Of a stretch of DNA of 64,000 bases, positions 10,283-20,220 are shown in pieces. Under the pieces are notes generated by a model. The model made no database searches. It worked only from the letters and a program-made list of their open reading frames with translations, and was not told the DNA's origin. Origin of the DNA: Dehalococcoidia bacterium (lineage in GTDB: Bacteria; Chloroflexota; Dehalococcoidia; DSTF01; JACRBR01); NCBI GenBank assembly GCA_021731085.1, contig JAKFYB010000015.1:81745-145744 (forward strand). Direction: 5' to 3'. The position numbers were made by a program, and so were the translations under genes. The stretch's first letter is position 1; each line of letters starts with the position of its first letter.

Positions 10283-10582
10283 CTAGTCGATGATACCGGC
10301 GGAAAGCTGCACCCAGACAACAAGGAGCGTGAGCACAATCGCCCCCGCGATTGCGAGCCGATACCGGGTATCGCGAACATTCCGCACCACAAGCTCTAGC
10401 ATCAGCCCCGTGCCGCCCAACAGCACGCCCATCGCAGCGAAGTCGAACCAGCTCCAGACAACGTCATCAGAAAACTGCATCGCAACAAGCGGAATCAGCA
10501 GTATCAGTCCCACGACACCCGCAACGCGGACAAAGCTCTTGTGTTCCAACATAGGCGGGCGATCAGTGTTCATTTCATTCAT
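10283..10582 (-). CDS. small three-TM hypothetical membrane protein
   Basis: Only the hydrophobic last ~99 aa of track ORF 10283..11503 look real (LLIPLVAMQF..WSWFDF); GGAGG RBS upstream of ATG 10582. Confidence 0.75.
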   Translation of the reverse strand: MNEMNTDRPPMLEHKSFVRVAGVVGLILLIPLVAMQFSDDVVWSWFDFAAMGVLLGGTGLMLELVVRNVRDTRYRLAIAGAIVLTLLVVWVQLSAGIID

Positions 10583-10714
10583 TTCGAACCCTCCGTTCGG
10601 TTCCCATGCTAGTCCGCCGCCGGTAACCCTTGCCATCCCCACGATGCAGGCAGAGAATATCGAGCCACGTTCGGACGCGACCTCCGACCTCCGACCTCCA
10701 ATACACTGCCACCG

Positions 10715-11668
10715 ATGCATCACCTCCACATCATCCACACCATCGGCAACACGCCGATCGTCCGCCTCCAGCACCTCTCCCCCAACCCCGACGTCCATCT
10801 CTACGCCAAGCTCGAAGGCTGGAATCCGACCGGCTCGATCAAGGACCGCATCGTCCGCCATATGATCGAACATGCTGAGCGCGACGGGCGCATCATTCCC
10901 GGCGACACCGTCATCGAAGCCTCCACCGGCAACACCGGAATCGCGCTGGCGATGGTCGGCCGCGCGATGGGCTACCACGCCCGCATCGTCATGCCAGAGA
11001 ACGTCTACCCCGAGATCCCGCGCGCGCTCGAGGTCTACGGCGCGGACGTCCACTGGGTCGCCGCCGAGGACGGCGTCACAGGCGCGATGGCCGTCGCGAA
11101 GAAGATGGCCGCCGACGAGCGCGCCTTCATGCTCGACCAGTTCGGCAACCCGCACAACGCGCGCGCTCACTACGTCTGGACCGGCGCCGAGATTCTCGCC
11201 GATGTCCCGCAGGTCGACGTCTTCATCGCCGGTCTCGGCACCGGCGGTACCGTCATGGGCACGGGCCAGCGCCTGAAAGAAGCGAACCCTCGCACAAAGG
11301 TGATCGCTGTCGAGCCGCATCCGGGTGGCGGCCAGGTGCAGGGCCTGAAGTCGCTCGCCGACGGCTTCATCCCGCCGATCCTCGACCTCGCCTTTCTCGA
11401 TGGCAAGATCCTCGTCCGCAGCGCCTCCGCGTTCCGTGCCGCGCGCCTCCTGATGCAGCGAGAAGGCATCTTCGGCGGCGTCAGCGCCGGCGCCGTGCTG
11501 CACGCGGCCCTCAAGTACGCCGAGCGCATGGACAAAGGCAACATCGTGATGATCTTCGCCGATAGCGGCTGGAAGTATCTGGAGACCAACCTCTGGTCCC
11601 GCGAACTGCCATCGGAGGACGCGTCGGGCGACGCAGAAGAATCACTCGACGACACGATCTGGTGGTGA
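10715..11668 (+). CDS. cysM: PLP-dependent cysteine synthase family protein (CysM-like)
   Basis: IGNTPIV, KLEGWNPTGSIKDR, EASTGNTG, GLGTGGT, DSGWKYL. Confidence 0.88.
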   Translation: MHHLHIIHTIGNTPIVRLQHLSPNPDVHLYAKLEGWNPTGSIKDRIVRHMIEHAERDGRIIPGDTVIEASTGNTGIALAMVGRAMGYHARIVMPENVYPEIPRALEVYGADVHWVAAEDGVTGAMAVAKKMAADERAFMLDQFGNPHNARAHYVWTGAEILADVPQVDVFIAGLGTGGTVMGTGQRLKEANPRTKVIAVEPHPGGGQVQGLKSLADGFIPPILDLAFLDGKILVRSASAFRAARLLMQREGIFGGVSAGAVLHAALKYAERMDKGNIVMIFADSGWKYLETNLWSRELPSEDASGDAEESLDDTIWW

Positions 11669-11727
11669 AGGTCTGAGTTCGTTGCTACCGCTTGGGCGGC
11701 GCCACCGGCGCGCAGTACGATGCCACC

Positions 11728-12129
11728 GTGATTGATCCAGCGACCGGCCAGCAACCTTTATGCCCGATGTGCGGCTCGCACGATGTCCGTTGGCGCCGTC
11801 GCCGCTGGTACGACTCCGTGCGCAATTCTCTGCGGCACTGGTTCGAGACGGTCGCGAGCACGCTCTTCCGGTCGCCCGATGTCAGAGCCTCGCGCCATCT
11901 AGAAATGAGAGGTCGAGGCTCGAGTGTGACCATCATCCTGCCAAACACGGATGACTCTCTGTCAACGGAGGCTATTCGGGAGCTTCAAGGTGGTGTAGGT
12001 CGTGAGCTGCATGACTCTCGCGTCAGCTCAGCAGTGCCCATGCATTTCTGGAAGTGCAACTCGTGCGGCCACGATGGGCACGAGTTCGACGATGTCGCAG
12101 CGCTCCTACCTCGGGAGCGTCCAGTTTGA
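11728..12129 (+). CDS. hypothetical protein with split zinc ribbon
   Basis: CPMC near the N-terminus and CNSC near the C-terminus; start uncertain; less biased codon usage. Confidence 0.5.
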   Translation: MIDPATGQQPLCPMCGSHDVRWRRRRWYDSVRNSLRHWFETVASTLFRSPDVRASRHLEMRGRGSSVTIILPNTDDSLSTEAIRELQGGVGRELHDSRVSSAVPMHFWKCNSCGHDGHEFDDVAALLPRERPV

Positions 12130-12136
12130 GAGCAGA

Positions 12137-13408
12137 CTACGCCGGCCGAACGTCTCCGTTGCCGAACACGATCCACTTGTACGTGCAGATCTCACGCAAG
12201 CCCACAGGCCCGCGCGCGTGGAACTTCTGCGTCGCGTCAATGATCTCCGCGCCCATGCCGAATTGCGCGCCATCGGTGAACTGCGTGCTTGCGTTCACGT
12301 AGCAGACGGCGGTGTCGACCTCGCGCAGGAACTGCATCGCCGTCGTGTAGTTCTCGGTGACGATGGCGTCGCTGTGACCGCTGCTGTAGCGATAGATGAA
12401 GTCGGTCGCGTCCTCGTATGAATCGACGACGGCGACGGACGCGATGAGCGACAGCCATTCCTTGCCGTAGTCCTCGCCGGTAGAGCGTGTGACGCCGCCA
12501 CGGCCCTCGAGGATCTCGAACGAGCGCTCGTCGCAGCGCAGTTCACACTGCTTCTCGGCGAGCGCCGTCTGAACCTTCGGGAGAAATGCGCGCGCGACGT
12601 CGGCGTGGACGATGACGGTGTCGAGCGCGTTGCAGATGCTGTACCGCCGCGTCTTCGCGTTCACGACGATATCGACGGCCTTTTGGAGGTCGGCGTCCTT
12701 ATCGACATACGTGTGGCAGACGCCGATGCCGCCGATGAGGACGGGCATCGTCGCGTTCGCTTCGACGAACCGGATGAGGTCTTCGCCTCCCCGTGGGACG
12801 ACGAGATCGATGTATTCCTTCATCTGCAGCAGTTCGGCGACGGCGGCGCGGTCGCTGCTCTCGATGATCTGCACCGCACCCTCGGGCGCTCCTGCATCGG
12901 CTAGCGCGCGGTCTATCAAACGGCCGATCGCCTGGTTCGACTGCAACGCTTCCTTGCCGCCGCGCAGTATGCTCGCGCTGCCCGCCTTCAGGCACAGCGA
13001 CGCGATATCGACGGTGACGTTCGGGCGGTTCTCGTAGACGGCGCCGATGACGCCGAACGGCACGCGCATCTTTCCGACTTGCATGCCGTTGGGCAGCGTC
13101 TTCATCTCGATCATCTCGCCTACGGGATCGGGGAGGGATGCGACGTTGCGCACGTCCTTCGCGATCGCGGCGATGCGATCCTCATCGAGAGCGAGGCGGT
13201 CGAGCTTGTACGCCGACAGGCCGTCGGCTTTCGAGCGCTCGACGTCTTGCCGGTTAGCGTCGAGAATGGCCGACTGACCGGCGACGAGGCCGTCGGCCAG
13301 CCGGTTAAGCGCGTCGTTCTTGACCTGCGACGACACGGTCGCGAGGCGGCGGGCCGCCCGCTTTGCGGCCTGTGCCTTCAGTTCGACTTCTGATGCGGTG
13401 ATCGTCAT
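12137..13408 (-). CDS. proA: gamma-glutamyl phosphate reductase
   Basis: RVPFGVIGAVYENRPNVT, LRGGKEA, PRGG, CNALDT, VNASTQFTDG, HARGPVGL. Confidence 0.97.
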   Translation of the reverse strand: MTITASEVELKAQAAKRAARRLATVSSQVKNDALNRLADGLVAGQSAILDANRQDVERSKADGLSAYKLDRLALDEDRIAAIAKDVRNVASLPDPVGEMIEMKTLPNGMQVGKMRVPFGVIGAVYENRPNVTVDIASLCLKAGSASILRGGKEALQSNQAIGRLIDRALADAGAPEGAVQIIESSDRAAVAELLQMKEYIDLVVPRGGEDLIRFVEANATMPVLIGGIGVCHTYVDKDADLQKAVDIVVNAKTRRYSICNALDTVIVHADVARAFLPKVQTALAEKQCELRCDERSFEILEGRGGVTRSTGEDYGKEWLSLIASVAVVDSYEDATDFIYRYSSGHSDAIVTENYTTAMQFLREVDTAVCYVNASTQFTDGAQFGMGAEIIDATQKFHARGPVGLREICTYKWIVFGNGDVRPA

Positions 13409-13485
13409 TTCGTGCTTCCTCTTGCAGAAGTAAGCGCCATTCTAGCAGCTTCGCCGATGCCGTTTATAGACGAGTGCAGCTCGCG

Positions 13486-13806
13486 TCAGTTCAACCACTC
13501 CAGCAGCCACAGGGCGCACATGCCGACGGCGATGGTCGCCCAAACGTTCTTCGTGAGAGCTGCAACCGCTACCGCGAGGAGGGCGGCCGGAACGCGGGCA
13601 TTCGTTACCCACGGATCGAACTCGCCGGCGCCATCCACGTACAGCACCGCCGGCACGATGATGGCCGTCAGGACCGCGGGCGTGACGTAGCGCAGGGCGT
13701 CGCGGGCGAGCGCAGGAAGCGAGCTATGGTGGACGAAGACGAAAAACGACAGCCGGATGCCGTACGTGACCACGCCCATGCCGACCATGACGAGCCAGAG
13801 GTTCAT
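13486..13806 (-). CDS. azlD: AzlD-family exporter small subunit
   Basis: Hydrophobic 106 aa, TYGIR and ALRYVTPAVL; ATGA overlap with azlC. Confidence 0.88.
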   Translation of the reverse strand: MNLWLVMVGMGVVTYGIRLSFFVFVHHSSLPALARDALRYVTPAVLTAIIVPAVLYVDGAGEFDPWVTNARVPAALLAVAVAALTKNVWATIAVGMCALWLLEWLN

Positions 13807-14528
13807 GCGGCCTCCGTTGCATCGGCGGCGCTGACGGCACGCGGCATCCTGACGGCGATCGCCATCGCGACGGCCAGGCCAAGCAGCGCCGGAACAAGCA
13901 CGTTCAGCCCATACGGCCAGCGGAACCCGAACGCGGCGACTGTTCCCGCGACGATGGCAGCGGCGAGGCCCGGGCGGTCCTTGATTGATGGCACGACGAT
14001 GGCGATGAACGTCAGCGGCAGTGCGAAGTCCAGCGCCCAGCTAGCGGGTACGGCCGCGCCCGCGAAGACGCCGATTGCCGTCGTGACCTGCCAGTCAACC
14101 CACAGCGCCACGGCCGATCCAAGCAGAAACCAGTGCTTGTTCACGGAGACGTCCGGCTGCTGATAGCGGACGATGGCCGGCGCGTACGCCTCGTCGGTCA
14201 GCAGATACGCCAGCAGCCAGCGCCAGCGCGCCTGCAAGCCATCGACGTAGGGCGCTAGCGACGCGCTGTACAGCATGTGCCGCGAGTTCACGAGCAGCGC
14301 CGTCAACACGATGATGATGCCCGGCACTTCGGACGCCATCTGGCGCGCGCCCACGAACTGGCTCGCACCACCAAAGACCACGACGGACATCGCTTGCGAG
14401 AACCCCGGCGACAGCCCGGATTCCACGGCGTAAGCGCCGTAGGCGAGTCCGAACGGCGTCACGCCGAGCAGTAGCGGAAGCTGCGCGCGGATGCCGGCGG
14501 AGAACTCGGAGGAGCGGGTTGGTGGCAT
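13803..14528 (-). CDS. azlC: AzlC-family branched-chain amino acid exporter
   Basis: PFGLAYG, MSVVVFGGASQF, LVNSRHMLY, LLTDEAYA, LDFALP. Confidence 0.92.
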   Translation of the reverse strand: MPPTRSSEFSAGIRAQLPLLLGVTPFGLAYGAYAVESGLSPGFSQAMSVVVFGGASQFVGARQMASEVPGIIIVLTALLVNSRHMLYSASLAPYVDGLQARWRWLLAYLLTDEAYAPAIVRYQQPDVSVNKHWFLLGSAVALWVDWQVTTAIGVFAGAAVPASWALDFALPLTFIAIVVPSIKDRPGLAAAIVAGTVAAFGFRWPYGLNVLVPALLGLAVAMAIAVRMPRAVSAADATEAA

Positions 14529-14653
14529 GTCCGCCAATCGTAGCGGCACGCCGAATTTGACGCTCCTGCGTCGTCCTACAGCGGGAACTGTAATGCCCTA
14601 TGGGTGAAGGTGTTTTCATCTGTGTCGAAGGAGGCGGGGCCTTCGACAGACAA

Positions 14654-14691
14654 ACGGGGCGGTGCCGAAAGGCACCCCTCGTTTTTCTTTT
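14654..14691. terminator. intrinsic terminator hairpin, probably bidirectional
   Basis: ACGGGGCGGTGCC-GAAA-GGCACCCCTCGT followed by TTTTCTTTT on +; weaker TTTGTCT tail on -. Confidence 0.75.
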
Positions 14692-14731
14692 GGCAGCTGT
14701 CAGGTGTCAGCAGTCAACCGCTAGTCAGTCG

Positions 14732-15193
14732 TCAGATAAAGTAGCGGCCTTTTTTGCCGCCAGTTTGTTCCGCCCGGCGGACGAGTTCACCGAAGGACGT
14801 CGCGTCCATCACACTCGCGACGGCATCGCGGACGTCGGTCCAGACGGTCTTGAGGGTGCAGGTCGCCTCATCCTCGCACCAGTCGCAGGTTCGGTGCTGG
14901 GTAAGGCTTGCGCACGGGGCTGGCGCCAGCGGACCGTCGATCAGGCGGCTCACTTCGCCAACGAGGATCTCTTCCGGATCGCGGGTCAGGCGGTAGCCGC
15001 CCCGCGAGCCCAAACGGCTGACAACGAAGCCTCCGGCTTTGAGCTGCGCCAGCACCTGCTCGAGGAACTTCACGGACGCGTTGCAGCGGCGCGCGATTTC
15101 GGCCGCCGAGAGCCCGGGTGCCGTCGACGCCTCAACCTTGGCCAGCTCCAGCACGGCCTTCAGCGCCAGTTCCCCGCGGCTCGTCAGCTTCAT
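14732..15193 (-). CDS. Rrf2-family transcriptional regulator, Cys-rich (probable Fe-S)
   Basis: FLEQVLAQLK, SRLGSRGGYRL, DGPLAP, CASLTQHRTCDWCEDEATC. Confidence 0.93.
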   Translation of the reverse strand: MKLTSRGELALKAVLELAKVEASTAPGLSAAEIARRCNASVKFLEQVLAQLKAGGFVVSRLGSRGGYRLTRDPEEILVGEVSRLIDGPLAPAPCASLTQHRTCDWCEDEATCTLKTVWTDVRDAVASVMDATSFGELVRRAEQTGGKKGRYFI

Positions 15194-15342
15194 GCCCTAA
15201 TCATACGCCAGCAGTCAATCCTTGCCCGACGATGGGTGACGGACTCGTTCTCATCCAGGCCGCGCGATCTGAAAAGCCCGCGCTACGGGAGGTCGCTGAC
15301 TGAGAGGACCACGCTACGGGGTCGATCACCAAAAGGCCCATG

Positions 15343-17259
15343 CTACGGCACGCCCATCCATGGACGCATCGCGCCCAGCGGCGTGTCGGCGACGGGTGGC
15401 GGTGGCGGCTCGCGCAGTCCGCGAGCGATGCGGGGTATGGACCAGATGAAGGCCGCCGCCATCACGATGACGAACCCGTACGCAACGTACTCGATCGTTT
15501 TGTCCTCCAGCGTCCCGATCCAGAAGATCTCCGAATCCAGCGTGACGGCGAATCCGTTCCAAATGGCGTGGAGGATGACCGCGGTGAAGTACAGCGAGAT
15601 CGCCCGGCGCTTGTCGTCGCCGTTCATCCAGTACCACCAGCCGAGCCCGACGAGGCCTGTCGCCAGACAGTGCAGCGACGTGCTGCCGGCGCGTATCAGC
15701 ATGATCTCCCACCACGCGCTGAGGTCGTCGGCGATGACGCCCGCGCCGTACAGAAGCGCCTCGACGAACCCGAATCCAGCGCCGGCCGCCGCACCGAGCG
15801 CGAATGCCTGTCCGCGCGTCGTTGTCCGGCGTATGAGGAACAGGACGCTGAGGCCCTTCAGGAACTCCTCGGCGAACGGCGGAATGATGGCGATGGCGAC
15901 GATATTCGCGATCCACTGTTGGGTGCTGGTGAGCCAGATCTCCGCATCGCCGATGACATCCCAGACGCCGTATTCGAAGGAACCGCCGCTGATGGAGGAA
16001 ACGTCTTCGAAGGCGCCGTTGTAGACAAGGAGTAGCACCGTGACACCAAGACCGCCGATCGAGTTCACAAAGCCGGCCATCATCACGCCGACGGCGATCG
16101 CCAATCCCCAGGCGAGCGTGATCTGCCGCCATGTGATGCCCTTGAGCAGCCGCCCGCGGAGCCATGACGCGCGCATCGCGAACGCGATGTACGTCGCACC
16201 GGGCAGGACCGCAGCGAGCGTGTGCAGAGCAGGCATCGGCCACGCGTACGGCGACTCGAGCCGCATGTTCGCCTGGCCGGCGAGCAAGACGGCGCCAAAC
16301 GTCACCGCGATCGCGATCGCCCATGGGGGTCGAAACGCGCTCGTCCGGGCGCCGAGCGATGAGCGAATGCCGTGGTACACCAGGATCATGCCCGGGACGA
16401 AGAACTGCATGGCCAGCGCCGTAAAGCCGATGACGACGGCGACGACCTCGAAGTCTTCCGCCTCGAAGTCCGAGGAATCGCTCGATGCGACGCCGAGAAC
16501 TAGGCCGAGCGTGCCGATCACGAAGAGCCCCAGCAGGCCGAGCAGTACGCCGTATGCCGCCCCCAGTGGCCGGCGCCAGCGGCCGAGGCTTGCCCGCGCT
16601 TCCGGCTCAAGCGCCCACCGCAGACAAAGGGCTGCAAGTACGATGCCGCCGCCAAGCGTCAGCAGCCCGAAGATGAACAGTGCGTTGGACGCCTGGTATT
16701 CGGCGATCCCTGCATCGTTGATCTGGCGATACACGGGGGCGAAGATGAGCATGAAGTAGCCGAGCATGATGAGTGTCGCCGCAAGGAAGACGCAGACGCC
16801 TTTCGCATACGCGCGCCACGAACGCCAGAGCAGAGCTAGACCGAGCGTCGCGCCGACGAGGATCGACACGGCGACGCCGATGAGGGCACTGCCACCGCTT
16901 TGGTACGCGCTCGTCAGGTCATCGAAGATCAGCCATGCATAGACGGAGACGCAGACCATCAGCGTTATCGTGCCCGTCACCGCGCCGACGAAACGCCAGA
17001 AGCCGAAGGGCGATGCCTGTTTCGCGCCCTTAGGCCGCGTGCGACCATAGCCGGCCGCCGGGAAGGAACCGCCGCGCTGGTTCGGGCGCGCGAATGTGCC
17101 GGCGGCGATCGCCGCGGGAGGAGCATCGTACGGCCTGTCGGCGGGGAGGGGCGGCGCCGCGGGGCAGCGCTGGCGCGCCCCGTGACGAAGCGAGCCACGG
17201 CAGTACGGGCAGGTGGCCGTCTCGGGGAACGCCGGTAGCCGTTCGTCGTCGTCTATCAA
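15343..17259 (-). CDS. PrsW-family intramembrane protease with extended N-terminal TM region
   Basis: PPFAEEFLK, AGAGFGFVE, LHCLATG, LHAIWN motifs; TTG start with GGAG RBS is inferred. Confidence 0.85.
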   Translation of the reverse strand: MIDDDERLPAFPETATCPYCRGSLRHGARQRCPAAPPLPADRPYDAPPAAIAAGTFARPNQRGGSFPAAGYGRTRPKGAKQASPFGFWRFVGAVTGTITLMVCVSVYAWLIFDDLTSAYQSGGSALIGVAVSILVGATLGLALLWRSWRAYAKGVCVFLAATLIMLGYFMLIFAPVYRQINDAGIAEYQASNALFIFGLLTLGGGIVLAALCLRWALEPEARASLGRWRRPLGAAYGVLLGLLGLFVIGTLGLVLGVASSDSSDFEAEDFEVVAVVIGFTALAMQFFVPGMILVYHGIRSSLGARTSAFRPPWAIAIAVTFGAVLLAGQANMRLESPYAWPMPALHTLAAVLPGATYIAFAMRASWLRGRLLKGITWRQITLAWGLAIAVGVMMAGFVNSIGGLGVTVLLLVYNGAFEDVSSISGGSFEYGVWDVIGDAEIWLTSTQQWIANIVAIAIIPPFAEEFLKGLSVLFLIRRTTTRGQAFALGAAAGAGFGFVEALLYGAGVIADDLSAWWEIMLIRAGSTSLHCLATGLVGLGWWYWMNGDDKRRAISLYFTAVILHAIWNGFAVTLDSEIFWIGTLEDKTIEYVAYGFVIVMAAAFIWSIPRIARGLREPPPPPVADTPLGAMRPWMGVP

Positions 17260-17463
17260 GCCCGCTCCAATGTGAGAGACAGTACGCGAGCGCGTGCGCG
17301 CTGTAAACCGTCGCCCTCTAACGTGCTTATCGACGATTCGGTATGCGCATGTGAGGACGAGTCGGCCGCGCATTTAACAGATGGCCAACAGATTCTGCGA
17401 TCGTCGTTAAGACAAGACTCCGATACCAACGGTGAAGCAGGAAGTGTTCACGCGAGGGAGACC

Positions 17464-17817
17464 ATGGGTACGTACGTTTCGATGCTGATCTGGACAGGGG
17501 AACCGCAGCCGCGCCCCGGCGACGTGCGCGCGGCGATCCGCCGCCACCGTCGGCACCTTCAGGCGCGCGGCCTGCACTCGCTCGCCTTTCTGCCGGATGA
17601 AGGCGACTGCGCGGCCGTGATGGTGTCTGCCGCGCCGGATGAGGAATCCGTCGCCGAGATGGCGTACTCGATCCTCCCGTTTTCGGCCCTTCGTATCGAC
17701 ACGATGCCGTTCGACGATGAAGCATCGGGTGACTCGCACGGAGAAGGCGCGGTGGTAAGCCCCCCACCACCGCGCGATGAACGTGGAGACCGCCTGGATG
17801 AGGTCGTCGCTGCCTGA
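17464..17817 (+). CDS. hypothetical protein, GYD-domain-like
   Basis: YVSMLIWT start and AAPDEESV..IDTM pattern resemble GYD proteins; GGGAG RBS. Confidence 0.55.
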   Translation: MGTYVSMLIWTGEPQPRPGDVRAAIRRHRRHLQARGLHSLAFLPDEGDCAAVMVSAAPDEESVAEMAYSILPFSALRIDTMPFDDEASGDSHGEGAVVSPPPPRDERGDRLDEVVAA

Positions 17818-17951
17818 CGCACGCGGGGTGCGCAAGAACCGGGACGGCGTGCGTTGGGGCACGCCGTCTCTGTGTCCGCCTGGTGGCGATAAGGACACGG
17901 AGCGCGGGCTTTCGGCCCGCGGGTGCGGCCACCGAGTGCCGAATCGGGCCG

Positions 17952-18689
17952 CTAAGGCTTCAACGAAAGTGCGGCGGCGTGGGCGCGCGTTTCCGCGCGG
18001 TCGTCGATCGGCGCCAGCTCTGCGTCGCCATTTCTCCGCGTCAACGCCAGGCCGAGCAGGTGGTCGGCGAACGCCGGATTCTTCGGCAAGAGCGAGCCGT
18101 GGATGTAGGTGCCGTACGCGTTGCGATACACGACACCTTCGAGGCCATCGGTGCCGTTGTTGCCGTTCCCGCTGCGGACGCTCGCAAGTGACCGCGCGGC
18201 CGGGCCGAGATGCGTGCGGCCACCGTGATTCTCGAAGCCGACGATCGTCTGGCCCTCCCAGTTCACGACGATGTTGCCGATGAGGCGCTTAGTCTTCTCA
18301 CCCGGGTGCTCCGTGTGGAGGTCGAAGATGCCGGCGCCGGCGAGTTCCACACCGGTCGATTCGCGATAGAACCGCCCGAAGAGCTGATATGCCCCGCAGA
18401 CGGCCAACAGGACAACGTCCGCCTCGACCGCTTCGCGTATCGCATCCGCCTTGGTAGCGAGCAGATCCTGTGCGACGTTTCGCTGCTCGCGATCTTGCGC
18501 CCCACCGGCAAAGATCAGATCCGCGGACTGCGGGTCGAACGCGTCGCCGATGCTCAGTTCCGTCAACTCGAACGTGATGCCGCGCGCCTCACATCGATGG
18601 CGGAGCGTCATGATGTTGCCGCGATCGCCGTAGATGTTCATCAGGCGCGGATAGAGGTGGGTCACGCGGAGAGTGCGGGAGCCGCTCAT
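17952..18689 (-). CDS. gatD: lipid II isoglutaminyl synthase, glutaminase subunit
   Basis: HLYPRLMNIYGDRGN, GGAQD, AVCGAYQ, GFENHGG, TYIHGSLLPKNP; ATGA overlap with murT. Confidence 0.93.
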   Translation of the reverse strand: MSGSRTLRVTHLYPRLMNIYGDRGNIMTLRHRCEARGITFELTELSIGDAFDPQSADLIFAGGAQDREQRNVAQDLLATKADAIREAVEADVVLLAVCGAYQLFGRFYRESTGVELAGAGIFDLHTEHPGEKTKRLIGNIVVNWEGQTIVGFENHGGRTHLGPAARSLASVRSGNGNNGTDGLEGVVYRNAYGTYIHGSLLPKNPAFADHLLGLALTRRNGDAELAPIDDRAETRAHAAALSLKP

Positions 18690-20104
18690 CCGTCCTCCCA
18701 AAATCGTGACGACCCCGCTTGCGTCGCGAGCAGTTCGCGGACGTCGAGCATGGCGGTGTATGTGGGGATGATGTGCAGCGTCTCACCGACGGGCGTTGCG
18801 TCGAGCGCGCGTTGCAGCGCCGTCGCCGTGTTGCGCTCCGCATCGATCTCGTCGCCGAATCCAGCGTACTTCAGGCGCAGGGCCAGATCTTCGGCGCGCG
18901 TGCCCGCGGCGAGCACCCAGTCGGTCAGCGGCTGGACGATCTCGTAGTCGGCGTCCCAGATCCACGAGATGTCGCGGCCGTCGGCTATGCCGTCGTTGAG
19001 GAAGAAGAGGATGCGCTTTTGGCCGCCGTTCGCGGCGACGGTGCGCAACACTTGGTTGAGGCCGGTGGGGTTCTTGCCCAACAGTACGTGCACATCGCGT
19101 CCTTGCACGGCGAACCGCTCCTGCCGCCCGAACGCGGCGGAGAATCCTTCGAGGGCGGTCACCGTCGGGTTGCGCGCGAGGCTCATCGCAAGCGCTCCGC
19201 CGATCGCCGCAAGCGCGTTGTAGGCGTTGTAGAGGCCGGTCAGCGGAAGCACGACACGCATCTCGCCGGCCGGCAGCGCGATCTCCATCGACGTGGAGTC
19301 GTCGCCAAGTACGACGCGCGTGAGTTGGATGTCGGGCGTCGGGCGAGCGTTTCCACACGTTGCGCAGCGCCAATGACCGATGTGCCCGTAGAACGTCGCG
19401 GTGTACGACAGTTCCGCGCCGCAGTCCAAGCATGTGCGAAAGTCGGATGCATGGTCGATGGCATCGACACTCACGGATGTGTCTTCGACGCCGTAGTACA
19501 GAGTACGCCCGGCGTAGGCGCGCCCAAGGTGCGCCACGGCAGGGTCGTCTGCGTTGAGAACGATCGTCGGCGGTGAGCCTTGCTGCTTGGCGTTAGGTAG
19601 TTGCTCGCGCGCCAGCGCCGTCCCCCACGAACGCGCGACGGTGTCGACCTCGCCGTAGCGGTCGAGTTGGTCGCGAAACAGGTTCGTGAAGACGATGACC
19701 TTAGGGTGCACTTCGCGGGCAATCTCCGGAAGCGTAGCTTCATCGACTTCGAGGATGGCGATGCGCGTGGCGGGATCGGCGATTTCGCCCAAGAGCGAGG
19801 CCTCTTCGACGAGCATCGCCGCGACACCGCGCATCATGTTGCTGCCGCTGCGATTGTGTAGCGGCGCCAGGCCAGCCGCCGTGGCGATGCGGCTCATCAT
19901 GAGCGATGTCGTCGTCTTGCCGTTCGTGCCGGTGATTGCGATGGTGCCGGCGCCGGCCTGACCGACAAGGTCGCGCACGATGGCGGAATCCAGGCGCAGC
20001 GCCGCCAGCCCCGCAATCGCCGTGCCGCCACCGCGTCCAAACAGACGCGAGGCACGGCCAGCAGCCTTGCCCGCGAAGATGGCGGCGATCGTGCGGGGAT
20101 TCAT
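18686..20104 (-). CDS. murT: lipid II isoglutaminyl synthase, Mur-ligase subunit
   Basis: TGTNGKTTT, EVDEA, NLFRDQLDRYGE, CxxC..CxxC zinc finger, KNPTG, DGRDISWIWD, PTYTAML. Confidence 0.93.
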   Translation of the reverse strand: MNPRTIAAIFAGKAAGRASRLFGRGGGTAIAGLAALRLDSAIVRDLVGQAGAGTIAITGTNGKTTTSLMMSRIATAAGLAPLHNRSGSNMMRGVAAMLVEEASLLGEIADPATRIAILEVDEATLPEIAREVHPKVIVFTNLFRDQLDRYGEVDTVARSWGTALAREQLPNAKQQGSPPTIVLNADDPAVAHLGRAYAGRTLYYGVEDTSVSVDAIDHASDFRTCLDCGAELSYTATFYGHIGHWRCATCGNARPTPDIQLTRVVLGDDSTSMEIALPAGEMRVVLPLTGLYNAYNALAAIGGALAMSLARNPTVTALEGFSAAFGRQERFAVQGRDVHVLLGKNPTGLNQVLRTVAANGGQKRILFFLNDGIADGRDISWIWDADYEIVQPLTDWVLAAGTRAEDLALRLKYAGFGDEIDAERNTATALQRALDATPVGETLHIIPTYTAMLDVRELLATQAGSSRFWEDG

Positions 20105-20220
20105 TGGGACAGGTTACAAGCCTCCGCGAACATCCCGGTTCGCGGGGAGGAGGCTTGACGCATTGGCGGACTCGCGCCCTTACCATCGCTAAACTGCGGC
20201 CTGAACCCGGGAGAGCAGGA

